From the NCBI RefSeq assembly GCF_036321535.1, contig NC_087445.1, forward strand, positions 14,012,001-14,076,000: a stretch of 64,000 nucleotides of DNA, read 5' to 3'. Positions 23,236 through 36,070 of the stretch are shown in pieces. Under the pieces are notes generated by a model. The model saw nothing but the letters and a program-made list of their open reading frames with translations. It was not told where the DNA came from and ran no database searches. Both the position numbers and the translations under genes were made by a program. Positions within the stretch are counted from its first letter, which is position 1. Every line of letters begins with the position of its first letter. Source of the DNA: Camelus dromedarius. Lineage: Eukaryota.

Positions 23236-23536
23236 AGTCTGGTCTGTAATTCGAACAGCGTTTCCGCTAGACAGGAGCACACATTACAAGCTGTGGCTTC
23301 TGAAAGGCAAAAGCCATGCCTTTCAATGTCATACCTGTAGTGCCTAGGTGTGAAGTAACTGACATATGGTAGATGGTCAAATTAAAGATCAATGGGAGAA
23401 AGGATTCTGGCATTGTATGCTAGTGAATTCTGGGCATGCTAAAATCTCAACATATCCTGAAGTCATTGTAAGACTAACTGGATGGTTTTATACCACCATA
23501 GGAGGGATCATGGATAATAAAATATCAGAAAGATAA

Positions 23537-24080
23537 AACATTAATCAATTTTAGGAAATACATTTTTCACATTTTGTCTTCTCTGAAATCAAGGTAGGTC
23601 TTGTAATAGATGACAACTTTTTCAACTGTTGTCAGCCAGGCAACTGTTGTAATGCTGTTGGTATTGCCTGATTATAAACTTAGTTGTTGTTCCTGGTGGC
23701 ATGATACACAATAGAATTCCCTTAATGCTTCAGTCAACAAATCATTTAGGGAAAGAATGAGACCTACTTGGCCTCTCTGAAAAGCTTCCATTGACATAAT
23801 CTGATACAATTAAGAAAATCCTGCTTCAAAAATAGGAAAATAGATATACTGATATTTTAGAAGAAAATCTTGGAGACAATCATAGAGCACCCTTTTAAGA
23901 ATATCTCCATCATTAAAAAAATGATCTTGATGGTACAGACAAGATTGATCTGAAATACAGAGATAAGGAAATCTTAGCTAAAAATATTTCAGAAGAGTTG
24001 GACTCTGAATGTGAATAGACTTGAGGCAAACCTTAATCAGTGGGTATGGCTTATACTTTCTATATATAAAAACAAGATTA
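23537..24080 (+). mobile_element. Tc2/pogo-like DNA transposon (Kanga1/MER104-like) with transposase remnant
   Basis: 5' end catttttcacattttgtcttctctgaaatc. Internal gttgttcctggtggcatg...gcttcagtcaacaaatcattt reads VVPGGM...(D)ASVNKSF, a pogo DDE C-terminal motif; gaagagttggactctgaatgtgaa also matches. Confidence 0.75.
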
Positions 24081-24244
24081 CATTTTTAAAAACAGTTTCT
24101 CCTATCACTGGTCTAGTGACTGATGCTATCAGATCTAAAGGGTTAATTCCCACTGTTAAATCGTAGTTATGGAAACTGGGAACCAGAAGAGGGCAGCAGA
24201 GAACTAATCTAAAAAGAGTTTTCTTTTGTTGTGTTTTGATATAC

Positions 24245-24400
24245 AAAGGGCACTTCATAGTTTATGAAGCTCTTTCATGTATATGATCTTATGGCATCTC
24301 CACAACATAGCTGGGGCAGGCCAGTTATTTCCATCCTCATTGAACAGACAAGCTAAGACTTGGAGAAATTACCACCACTTAAGGGTGGCCCAGCTAAGGG
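24245..24400 (-). mobile_element. MIR fragment
   Basis: ttatttccatcctcattgaacagacaagctaagacttggagaaatt...cccagctaag. Confidence 0.6.
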
Positions 24401-25839
24401 ATGGCTCTTGACTTTAAGAAGGAGTTGGACTTAATGTGCATTCTGCTCCTTCAAATATTTAAAATCTTTGAGAAGCCCAGTGGGTGATCAGAAGGAGCCT
24501 TGATGGGGTCTGCTGAGGTCCAGGTCAAAGAAAGTCAGGACCGAGGTGTGTGGGGAAGACATCCTGAATCAGGATGAAGATGTGAACTAGAAGTCAAACG
24601 AAAGACCAAGGGAGCTTAAGTAAACATCAGACCAGTCCATGGTCACTAGACAGCAGAGGCAAGTCTGAACCATCGGGTACAGACGAGACCGACAGGAATC
24701 CCCAGGTGGTGTGTTGTGCTATCAGAGCACCATGAGTACTGGGAGGGTCTCAGTCCCTGCCCTTTCCAGTCTTGAAGTAGGCTAGCCTCAGATATATTGA
24801 AAAACAGGATAGCTCCTGGCCCCTCTGCAATAATATCTGAGCGAAACTCCAGGGTATTTTGCACTGGTGAAGTTACAGATGAAACGAACAAAAGATATTT
24901 GCTGTGTTCCTGCCTCACTTCTTAGCAATTAAAAAACAACAACAAAAAACAGTCCAGAGGGAGGGTTTTCCGCTTCGTTTACCAAGTGGTTATTTTTTTA
25001 AAAGCTCAAGTCAGGAAATGGAATATTTGAAACCCTACTGGGAAGGCATACGTGATACTTCACTCCAAAGAAATTGCACTGAACCTTTTGGCCCAATAGG
25101 TATAGTCTAGGTGAAGTATTACTTTGTGTTGTCAAGATTCATTTCTTTACCAGGCAGTCACTTCATAAAGTAAGCTATGTGGTTGAGATTTTGAAGGCTT
25201 TTATTTTTGCTGAAACTCGGAGTTGGGGAAGCTTCTGAGGCAAAGAAATGTAATCTCTACTTAATACTCTCCTGCATGGCCACCTCTTGGGAAGCACCCC
25301 TGAAGAGGAAGGTTGAAAGGTGTGCCTACAGCTGTTTTCTCAGGGAAGTTGGGACTCAGGATGCAGAACAGAGAAGCAGGGTGTCCAGGCTCTGTCCACA
25401 GTGTGTGCAAGATACCAACTGCAAGTGTCAATAAAAACAAATATTCAACTAGTCGTCTTCCCAGAGACCACACCAGCAGGAAAATAAGACTGACCGTTTT
25501 TTATTACTCATTTAAACAAATCATGCTCTGCGCTGGTGGATGGAGGAGAGGATATTTGTACGTAAATACTTACGTGTAGGAGGATGATGAAGATAAGATG
25601 GGCATTTCTTCCACCAGAACCTGTGCTTTAACCACACCATTATATGCACATTTTCTGAGGACGTATGCAACACAGGAATGGATACAAATCCATTGAGAGC
25701 TGAGTGGTTCAAATTCATATAGTCATCTTATTAATAATCTGTCTTTGACTCTGTTTTCACTCTGGGATAACATAATTCCTAAATATATTTTGATATCTAT
25801 ATCTACATTCATTTCTACATTTATATTTATCCTCAGAGT

Positions 25840-26000
25840 GAAGAGAGTTACAGCACAGAAAGAACTCAAGCTTTAGAATCAGACAGTCCTGGATGTATAA
25901 TGTATATCCACTCTTTATTACTGATTTACTAGTTGATTTGGGGTGAGGTACACATTATCTTTGAGCCTTAATTTCCTACTCTGTCAAGTAGAGATACAAA
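25840..26000 (+). mobile_element. MIR fragment
   Basis: gctttagaatcagacagtcctgg...tttgagccttaatttcctactctgtcaagt. Confidence 0.65.
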
Positions 26001-26954
26001 TATCCACTTTATATTATTTTTAAAGGAAAGGAATAAGTCGATTTTCTCTGTGGTCTTTAGGTGAAAGTCATTAGCCAATCTGTTCGTCCCATGAAAGTCC
26101 TCCTAGACACACCTTTGCCTCCCTTCCTTTGGGATGCCATTCATGTTGTTTCTATGCTCAGAGTTACCATTTGCTAATTTAAGAAATTCATTTACTAAAA
26201 ATGTATTTACTAAGTGCCAATAACTGTTCTAGGCACTTAATACAACAGACAAAACCCTTTTCCTAGGGAACTGACAGTCCAGTGGATCCTCTGTTCTCTT
26301 ATTCTATCTTGCTTACATCTTTATCCCACTTATCCTCCAAACTCCACCCCAAGGGCTTTCCCATCTGTGAACAATTTTTCTGAGTTTTTCCGATCAGAAA
26401 AATTTTCCATTTGTGTACTTTGAAATTCTGTAGCACTTCCCCACTTTTGCCGCTCAGTTGGCTATTTATCTTCTGCTCTCCTGTACTGTAGGTTAACATA
26501 CACCTGGCCTTCCAAGTGGCGTGGTTCTGAGGGTGAAGGTCTGGAATATAAATATCAAAAGGACAGCATGATTCAGTGTGTTTTATTCACTGGGTAGCCC
26601 CTGGAATCATAGTGGGGCAAATAGTAGCTTCTTGATCAATATTTTGCATGCATGCATGAATGAATGAATGAATGAATGCCTTTGTACCTTTCACATAACC
26701 TTGCCATGCTGTATATGGAGAATTGAATTTGCACTCCTGGATTTAAAACCAAGCTCAAAAGTTAACTTTCTCTGAGATTCAGCTTCCCAATAGTTAAGAT
26801 GGAAATAAGATGTTTGTGTGACATGTTACAGAATTGCTTTTGAAGATCAAATAGCTGTGATGTATGTGGAAAATAACAATTTTTGCTCAGGCTAAAGAGG
26901 TAAAGTTATTATAACTAACCCTGTAATGATTACTTTCAAATGAGTGAATGCATG

Positions 26955-27342
26955 TGTTACAGACCAAATATTTGTGTCCCCTAAAATTCCTATGATAAAG
27001 CCCTAACCCCCAATGTGATGGTATTTGGAGACGTGGCCTTTGGGAGGTGATCAGGTTTAGATGAGGTCCTGAGGGTGGAACCTCTGGATGGGATTAGTCC
27101 CTTGTAAGAAAAGACCTGAGAGAGTGCCACCACCTCACCGCACAACGTGTTAGGCACAAAGGCATCATGTGAGCACACAGCAAGGTGGTAGCCACCTACA
27201 AGCCAAGAGGAAAGACTCAGAATGAGACCGACCTTGCCAGCATCTTGCTCTTAGACTTCCTGGCCTCCATATCTGTGATAAATTTCTGTTTTTTAAGCCA
27301 TCCAGCCTGAAGTATTTTGTCATGGCAGCCTAAGCTAAGACA
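26955..27342 (+). mobile_element. MLT1A-type MaLR solo LTR, full length
   Basis: TG...CA termini (tgttacagacc...gcagcctaagctaagaca), internal ggcctttgggaggtgatcagg and ataaatttctgttttttaagcca. Perfect 5-bp TSD GCATG at 26950-26954 and 27343-27347. Confidence 0.93.
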
Positions 27343-27584
27343 GCATGCATGCATGAATGAATGAATAAGAAGGAAAAAATATGATTCCATGAAGTTTGGG
27401 TAATTTAGGGATTCAATCAGGAGGTAAATAAAAACACTGTAGAGGGGACAAAGGCTTTATTCATTCCAGAGAATTAATTGATGCTTAAGAATGCTGTGCT
27501 GTAATTTGGCTGAGTGTATTTCCTGAGATCAGCTTTACTCCTAAGTTCACGACATAAGCAGAAGAATTAAACTATGTATTAAGA

Positions 27585-27720
27585 GACTGAGGTCTCAGTG
27601 GGTGTCATTTTAACTCTCTGACCCTCTAGTTAAATGGAGATTAGAATGCCCAGCATATCTACCTCTTAGCATTGTTGAAATGATCAAGGAAGTTTGTGTT
27701 GATAAATGGCTTTTGAATTA
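27585..27720 (+). mobile_element. MIR fragment
   Basis: ttaactctctgaccctctag...aaatggagatt...ctacctc...attgttgaaatgatcaa. Confidence 0.5.
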
Positions 27721-27859
27721 TTAATTGCCAGTAAAACATATTAGCAGTAGCAGCATGTCATTAAAGACAGGGTTTTTTGTCACATCCTTTGCTTCTCAAA
27801 ATTCAGTTTTTTTACCCAGTATTGTCTTATCTAGAAATTCCTGGCATCCTGGAATGTAT

Positions 27860-28015
27860 TGAGAGTATTACTTTTTTGATTCACACAACAATCCTGTGAG
27901 CCATGTTTTGCAGGGAAGAAAGTATCCCCTAGAGGCAAAGTGGATTTTCCAGGGCCACTCAGCTTGCTGATGGCACAACTGGGTTCCCAGCACATGTTCA
28001 ATGAGACCTAGTTTT
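27860..28015 (-). mobile_element. MIR fragment
   Basis: gattcacacaacaatcctgtgag...ttccagggccactcagct. Confidence 0.55.
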
Positions 28016-29554
28016 CCTTATTTTCCTTATTATCACCTTCAATCCTATAAAGGTAATATCTGAGATTTTATGAAACTTTTTACAACCTTTGAGTTTTGGT
28101 AAATGTGCGGTATTCTTATCGGTAACTTGTTTTTCAAGGTGCAGTTTTAACAGTGCACCCCTGGAGATCGGACTGGCGGTTGCTGATACTTAATTTTTCA
28201 CAAAGATTTTTAAGTGGCCTGTTACTGTGAAAATATTTGCACTTATAAATATCAAAAAGAAAAAATGTATGATCCTGCATATTTTGACAATTTGAGTGCT
28301 GGCGTAAAATAAGAGGACTGGGGTTCATTATCTGTATTGGCCGATATTAGTTATTAAGCCAATGACAAGTTGGGTAGAGAAGTCCAGATTGTATTTAAAT
28401 CTCTGGAGGAAGGATGGTGAAAAGGTGTAGAATTTCAAAATAGGCTTTTGAACATAGCTGGTAATAGGCACATGGTAGAAGTTAAGAAGAAATTGCTTCA
28501 CTAAGCACCATGATTCTGAAGAATAGTAAGAATAGCAAGCAGACATCGATGACCTCAGAGACGCATGAATAACACATTATGGCTCCGATTATATTAACAG
28601 CCTAGCCTGACTCCAAGGAACTGAGAGCAAATTTGGCTTTCAGAAGCTAGCTAGGTTTCTTTAAGACCCCTCCTATTTTTAAAAGATCTTGTTAAGTTGG
28701 CCTTGGAGGAAGAACAGATTTTTTTTTTTTTCCTGGACTGAAACCCATTTCTTCCCTTTAAGTCTTATTCAGTGGTAGTTCCATTGGGGAGGACTCAGGC
28801 TTGTGTAGAAAGGGCCCTGGGTCCGTCCTCCTGAGCATTCCTATTCTCTGGGCTAAGGTTTCCGCCTAGGAAACCCCACCGGGCCTGAGGTCATGATACA
28901 ATTTCAGGACCACAAGGAGCCCAGCTGAGAAGCTTTTCCTCTGAGCATGAGATCATGGACTCTTTCTGTGATTGCCATGGTGCCACTTCTGGATGGAGAT
29001 TTAGATAGTCGTGCCACACAGGCAGATGAAAGCCAGGATCTCAGTATTCTTTGCCTAGATGAAATTTGTCGTCTCCTGTTGAGCAGAAATAAATCAAGAA
29101 TATGATACAGGCCAGCCAATTTAATAATCAGAATCATGGGGAAGTTCAGGCTCTCTTGGGTATACGTAAGTTAGTAGGTTTCCTTTGCTTCAAAATAAGG
29201 TAAATAAAGAAACAGAGTGCTGATTCTGGCACGCTGAAGATTTCCAGGGGTTTTGAACAAATCAGACTGCGGCATCCTGGTGCAGGATGCACCTCTCTGA
29301 TGTGCTATTTTGGGCAAAGTGGGATCCACGAAAGAACCTCTTTGGCTAGGTTTTATTTTCAGTATGTTATCAGGATGATCTGTCTCGAGAACGTCATCTG
29401 TGTGCATGTGTGCAGAGATACAGCTCAGAGTTCCTTCCTGTGCCTGAGAGCAGTTGAATGTTGCGTTTAATCTGTGAGCTACGGCCATAGTTTTCTTTTT
29501 CATCAGAATCAAAACTTGATCATCACCATCCACTGTCATCCTCATCCTCATCAC

Positions 29555-29700
29555 TAATTCCTGAGCTCTTTACATGGAGAGAAAGGTAGGTGATATGAGC
29601 CCCATTTTATTACGGGGGAAGAAACTACAGTTTAGGAAGGTTAAATCAGTTTTCAAGTTCACAAAGCAAAATTCTGACAAAATCAATATTCAATATTACA
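29555..29700 (-). mobile_element. MIR fragment
   Basis: cccattttattacggggaagaaactacagtttaggaaggttaaatc...caagttcacaaagc. Confidence 0.65.
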
Positions 29701-31759
29701 GGCTAGGGCTCCCAAAAGGTGCCACATTTTACTGTCGCACCATATTGCATCCAACACATGCTCGCCACTACACCTGGGAGGACTAGTCTGAGGACTGGTA
29801 GAGGAGTTTGTTTAGTAACCAATAGCTTGAATTCGACTCTCTTACACTTTTAGAAAATGTCTAGTTTGAAAAGATAATTTAAAAATACAACACAGATACT
29901 GTTAAAGGTAAGAAAGATCCAACACAATATAGCATATGTAAAGCACTGCCCTTTTTACCATGCACCTCTTAAATATGTGCTTTTGGATAATTGCTGCCCA
30001 CTCCTCTGCCCCCTCATTCGGAGTAGCCTCTTTTTAGGTCATTCACACATTTTATTCAAGTGTTTTTGGAAGCAGCTGCTTTGTACTGAGCATCACTCTA
30101 GGGGCTGGAGATAAAGCAGTGGGAAAAAAACATAAGATTCATCAGAATACAGAATACAAAAGGCGCTTATTAAAATTGATCTTGAGACAGTGGCTGGTTT
30201 CTTTTATTTTTTTATGTAGAGTCCAAAAACCTCAATAGTTTTATCACTTCCAATCTCGCTCTAAAACAAACTACACCCACAAGTTAGGCTGTGCGTGTCT
30301 TGCAGGGAGGGTCTTACGCAGGCTCTGCGGAGCTCTCAGAGAGGAGAAACACATCTTCCAAACTGCTGTGCCTCTAAGAATCTGGATTTTTCTAAGACTC
30401 TTTCTAGGATTCATTCCCTATGATATATCCACTAATGCCTTAGCAAATCACTGTATCCTGTGTGTTTTCCACGTGTTCTATGGTATCAGTCTTCAGAGAT
30501 TAGTCATTTCCACTCACCCGTGCCGCGCCTTGCAAGATCTGATGTAAAAACCGTTTTCCCAACATGCCGGTTGGCAAAGGCTTGGGGTTGGGTTTTGTTC
30601 AGGCAAACAGATGAGCCCTCTAAGGGTTAATTAGGAAGCAAGCCCCTTTCAGGGCCTGGAATTGTTTACTTCAATCATTTTCACACAAACTGCCATGTTT
30701 CCCTTGGGTATTAATTGTGCCTGATGGACCCATTATTTTGTAGTTAGAGCAGTTCCTTGGCTAGCTCCCTGGGGGCTAATTAAATGGATGAGGTAGTGCC
30801 CCGGATATTACTAGCAGACAGGACACTTGAATTTCTCACCAACCGTATTGGAGAAAGTCCTGTTACTATGAACAGTCGGGTATCTCAGCACCAGTGGCGC
30901 CTTGCTCAGTTGGAGTTGATCAGGTTCCTGTACCAGGACAAGCCCGGCTGATCCATTCATGTAGTCCTGTCTGGCTTGGCCTCTTGTCCACTCACAGAGG
31001 ACTTGTGCCAGTGGGCTCTGGAAACCCAACCTGCATCGAGGCAGCCCTGTTTACTGCAGAAGACGATTCCTGCCCCAGGTTAAATGTGCACACTGCGTGG
31101 AAATGCCAGTGTCTTTAAGCTGAAGGCACTTAAAAGCTAGGAAAGCGGCAATCTACCCAGAACACACGTACTAAACACAGCAAGAGCCCACAATGATCGG
31201 TAAGGTGATCAGACATTTCTCTGATGTTGTCACGGTTGCTGCTGATGGGGCTGACCTTGTAATCTGCCAGTTCTTTGCCCCTCACTTCATTTTTTTCTTC
31301 CCCTACTGAATTTCAAGCTCAAGACTTTGTGTAAAATGTAAAATGATTGCACATTATTTTTTGTCTTATGTTCGTTTTTTTGTTTTTTTTGTTTTATTTT
31401 GCAACAAGCCCACTAGGATTTAAGAACCAGGAGAGAGTATTGTGTGTTGAGGTGTTAATAAGGAGAATGGTAAATCTAGAGTTCAAATGTCTAAGCCTTT
31501 CTGCATTTGGGACCACTGAGGGAAGCAGCAAACCAGAAACGAGGGTTTTTTGGTTTTTTTTTTTTTTAACCTGAGGCTTTATTCTCAGATCCACAATATC
31601 AGTTATAGTGAAGCATTTCTGTTGCACATAGAAGTTTCTGAGCTAAAATCATAGGTAACGTAGGAAAATGGTCTTAGACAAGTAGAAATTGTTTTTTATG
31701 GACTTAGCTCTTACATAGAGTCTTTGTATCAGAAGGGATGTAGTTGTTTGAGGATAGAA

Positions 31760-31975
31760 AATGTAACATGATAGAAAGGGCACCTGATGGAGAATGAAGA
31801 CCTAAATTCAATTCTTCCATGTATGAGTTGTGTGATTTGAAGCAACTCTTTACTTCTCAGTTTCCTTATCTTTAAAATGGAGATAATATTGACCTATTTT
31901 CTGCCACTAGATCGTTGTAAAAATCAAGCATAGACCTGGCATATATTATATATGGCTCAATTAATGTTATATGGA
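31760..31975 (+). mobile_element. MIR SINE
   Basis: gacctaaattcaattc...gttgtgtgatttgaagcaac...ctcagtttccttatctttaaaatggagataat. Confidence 0.8.
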
Positions 31976-32334
31976 AGGCTGACTGAATGAAATTTTTAAA
32001 AAATATATTCCAGAAAAATATTCCAGAGGTATTAAGCGTTTATAATCATGTGTAAGGCTTAAAATAAACAGAAGAATATGTAGTGATAAAAGACATTTTA
32101 TTACGTTCCTCCATATCTGTACACACAAAACAGTACGGACTGCTCCTAGCTATATTTGGCAACTTCTGGGTTGTTCCAGAAACTAGCCTGATACTGGGGT
32201 TTTCCTGTCTTGAGTCAATAATTTCTTTCTGTCAGAGTAAGAAAGTGTCAGAACAAAATTCCATCCTTCTGAAGCCAGGTAGAATTTTGCAATGTAGGAT
32301 AAGGAGTAAATGTAGTACTAAAAATAATTAGGTA

Positions 32335-32565
32335 TGTGAAATGTCCTGAACAGGCAAAATCTGTAGAGACAGAAAGTAGACTTACGGTTGCCTGGGGCTC
32401 TGGGTGGACAAAGTGAAAGGTGGATGACAGCTGATGAGTACAGGACTTTTGGGGGAACTGAAAAATGTGATGGTTACACAACTCGGTGAATACACTGAAA
32501 GCCACTGAACTGTACATCTTACATAGGTGGATTGCATTAAACGTGAATTATATCTCAAAGCTGGT
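32335..32565 (+). mobile_element. L1MB-like 3' end
   Basis: aaatgtcctgaacaggcaaaatctgtagagacagaaagtagact...ggttgcctgggg...gtgatggttacacaactc...gccactgaactgtac...gtgaattatatctcaaagctg. Confidence 0.85.
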
Positions 32566-34477
32566 ATTCCAAAAAAGTAGGTTTCAGGATTATATGTATT
32601 GGATTTTCATACATGAATTAGGGAATACAGTCCTAGAACCAGATAGAGATGGATGAGTCTATGGCTCTGAAGTGGAAAACACTGATTCCCTAATTAAGTG
32701 TTCTAATAGGAAGAGAGCAGAATGCAGTCACTAATCCTGTGGCAACATAGAATGATGCTGGTGAGGACTGCGTTCCGTGGGAATTTCACAACATGCGTCA
32801 GCTTCGGCTTTGAATGTGAAGCCACTCCAGATCCCACTTCTCTCTTCTAGCCTCGAGTTCTTTTTTCTGTTTCTGCTCTTGAATATCTGGACTCATCAAG
32901 CTTGTGTCTCTGGGAAGTTTAAGCAAAGAGTTGGTCCTAAAGACTTGCTCACAGTGAGACAGAATACGTTTCATACCCCAGAGCCATCCCACTTTCCCCC
33001 CAGTGCTTAGGAAACATACATATGTATACCAATAATACATATTGTATAATAATATGTATTATGTTAATACATAATATATATAATAGCTAACATATATGTG
33101 TAATTGTTGCATCCTAAGAAAAACAAGAGATGTTTAATAGATTTAGATGCCTATTAGATTTAGTTGGAATAAACTATTTTCATTGTCTTAGAAATTGCAA
33201 AGTCTTTATCCCTTACTCCATCATCCACTAATCTCAGCTAATCAATTATAAGAGTTGATTTAAGTTTGTATTTCAAAATTTCTTTATCAATTTGGAATTT
33301 TATGGATTTTTCCCCTAATTAGGCTTGTACTTATCTTACAAGGTGGCTGAAAGTTTATACAAAAAACTGGAGGAAAGTCAATTCTGCAAGTTTCTTATAT
33401 TTCTTTTGCACTTATCCAATTTGCACTTTTGCTGTCTCTTCAAACTTGTTTGCTTGCAGGGAATTTTTTAAAGCCATTTGTCTGCTTTGTGACATTTAAT
33501 TAGCTCAAGCCTGGTAACAGAAACTACATTTACTTAAGCAACCGCAGTCTGTTGAAAAACAAAGAATGAGTTCGGTCTTTTACACCTATTTTTATACCTA
33601 TGTGTGATAGCATTTCTTGTCTAAAAATACCTTGAGTACCTTTCACAATATGGACCATATATGGATGACAATGAGTATGTTTTATCTCCATACAGATTAA
33701 AATTTTTCTTAATTACATATATATGTGTGTGTGTATATATATATATGTATGTATGTATTTATATATTTTATTTTCTTTTGAGCATGGCAGTGATTGCATT
33801 ATATCTCCCTACCACCACCACCACTAGTGAGAACATCCCATTTTGGTGACTACTGGAATAGATTTTGGTGGTGATAGCATCAAGCATTTTGACTCATTGC
33901 ACCTTTTACTATCAGCTAGTGGCTAGAGTTACTCATTAGGCTGCGTAAGCAGCTAAGAGGGATGGCTTTCTAATTGGCATAGCCACTTACTGAGAACTTA
34001 CTAAATGTCAGGGACTATGCTTGTCTCTAGAGATTTTTTTTAATGATTAAATCATGTTTTGGGGTTGAAAATAGCTCAAAGTTTAATAGGGGAAATCAGT
34101 CAGGAAAAAAGAGCATTGTGGTGCAGTGTGATATGTGCTATGGTGTAACAGTACACAGGAGCAAAGAGGACATTAGGGAGGGTAGCAATAATTAAGCTTA
34201 TTTTTGAAGAATAAGGAGTTAACTACATGTAGAAGTAGAAGGGTAGCCTAGAGACAGAAGAGCTCATCTGATTTTCATCAAAAATATACGAGGTAACAGG
34301 ATTAAAGAGCAGTTAGTAAGTCGAACTGGTATTCAGATCTCTGTATTCTTGGTTCTTTACCATGCTGCTTTTTAAAATGCATAAAGAAGAGATACCTCTT
34401 CTTTACTCGAACATATTATTTTAATATGCATTAGCAACTGCCAAGCACTGTAGACAGGCTCATTTTAACAACATGGA

Positions 34478-34715
34478 CTGAAATTTCCCAAAGTGTATCT
34501 TAATAGAACACCAATCCCTGAAAATGCTTAGTGTAAATGGCTATACTAAGCTTTCTTAATAAGCTTAAGAAAGGCTGAATATGCTTTCCCTCTTGTAGAT
34601 TTAAAACATAAATTAACATAAACAGAGTCCTGAGAAGACCTGCAATTTAAAAACAACAGCTTTAACTTTGCTTAACTTAGTGGCTCCAAAATGAGTTAGG
34701 CATGGGATCTATTTT
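34478..34715. mobile_element. hAT-Charlie-type MITE (MER-like)
   Basis: tttcccaaagtg...gaacacca...ccctcttgtagatt...tcctgagaagacctgca...tttaactttgcttaac pattern; subfamily not assigned. Confidence 0.5.
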
Positions 34716-35149
34716 GGCCCAAATTAGAATATCTTGAAAAAAATTAGTGTACCCAATACCTTGTCAGAAAGACAAGGACAAATTGGCTTAAGTTTAATTT
34801 TTTGGTAACAGATCAGTCACCCCATTCATAAGTGTTAAAAGCTGCAACTTCCAAATGAGAATAACAAATATTACATCATCTTACAGATTTTTATTTTATT
34901 TCATGGTGTTCTTCAGTCATTTTATGTAGCATCATTGCTGGAAAGTACTTCCAAGATTAATCTAAATCAAGATAATCTCTTAAAACCTAATGTAATATTT
35001 CTGTAAAAAAAATTATATAGCATTTTAATATAAGGTCATATCCATTCTATCATTCTTATAAGAATGGACTGAGTAAGTTGGCACATGTCAAATATGCTAT
35101 GACATTTCATTATAAAACAAATGGCAGCACCTCAACTTCTTTCTGTATA

Positions 35150-35525
35150 AATGGGGATTCTCTGGAGTTGCAAGTGGCAAAAATACTATTCAAATAAGCT
35201 TAATCATTGGGTCCTGGTTCTTCTGCTTTGTACACCAACATAATGGCTGGTAGCAGCACCAGGATCGTTCTGAGAGCTGCAGATCCCAAAGTGCATTTTC
35301 CTTGATGGCTCCTGCCGTGGGCTGATTGGCTCAGGTGAATCACTGAGCCAGGAGTAGAGTACTTAGGACAGGGTTACATGCAAATCACTGGAGCATCACT
35401 GGAATGGGAAGGGGTGGGTGGGATGAGGGCCAGAATACGCGAACTCCATGAACTCCTCATATTTATTCAAGAATGTGGCAAGGGGTGTTTTCTCATGGAA
35501 AGATTGCTGAGATAGGACAAAAACA
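35150..35525 (-). mobile_element. Very old MaLR LTR (MLT1L-O-like)
   Basis: gattctctggagttgcaagtggcaaaaatactattcaaataagcttaa...ctgattggctcagg...gctgagataggacaaaaac. Confidence 0.5.
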
Positions 35526-35864
35526 TACTCTTATCATTTGCCACTTACCTACTCCTAAACCAATACAGGTTATGACCATGTAGACCATCTTCTTTTAAGT
35601 TAAATTATACCCATAGGCTTCAAATAGGACTAAAGAAAACTATTGAAATTTTTAAGAGAAACAGAATTTTGAGTATATATCTTTTTAAAAAAGATAATTA
35701 AAATTTTTATGTAGCATAACAGATGGCTAACAAAAGAGAGTTTTCTTCATTGTTTTCTTTCATGAAAACCTTACTCAAACTCAAAATCAAGGTTATTGCA
35801 TAAGGAAGATGTATTTGTATATAACTTTAGCTTCTCTGCTGAAAATACAAATGACAATAACAAC

Positions 35865-36070
35865 AGTTATGATTTGCTAAGTCCTATTCGGCACTTTGTA
35901 AACATGAACTGATTTAATCCTCACAGCAACACAATGAGGGAGGTATTAATGTTCTCATTTTACAGATGAGAAAATTAAAACTCTGAAAAGTTAAGTCACA
36001 TGCATAAGAGAGGAGCAGGGCTAGGGTTAGTATCTTCATCTGAGTGACTCCTAAGCTATGTTCTGGGCCA
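35865..36070 (-). mobile_element. MIR SINE
   Basis: tttaatcctcacagcaacacaatgagggagg...ctcattttacagatgagaaaatt...gttaagtcac. Confidence 0.85.

Noticed and set aside
25574-25654. 81-nt minus-strand segment between a CAG acceptor and CAC|GTAAGT
   Set aside because: Its 5' part (tggtgtggttaaagcacaggttctgg) resembles a MIR 5' end and the peptides are unrecognisable; more likely a pseudo-exon.
30811-31029. Minus-strand ORF ending GEKFKCPVC, resembling a C2H2 zinc-finger linker
   Set aside because: A stop follows immediately, there are no His ligands or repeated fingers, and no splice context supports it; chance resemblance.
33032-33062. 12-bp-arm AT-rich inverted repeat (ataatacatatt / aatatgtattat)
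   Set aside because: It lies in low-complexity TA-rich sequence where such palindromes are expected.
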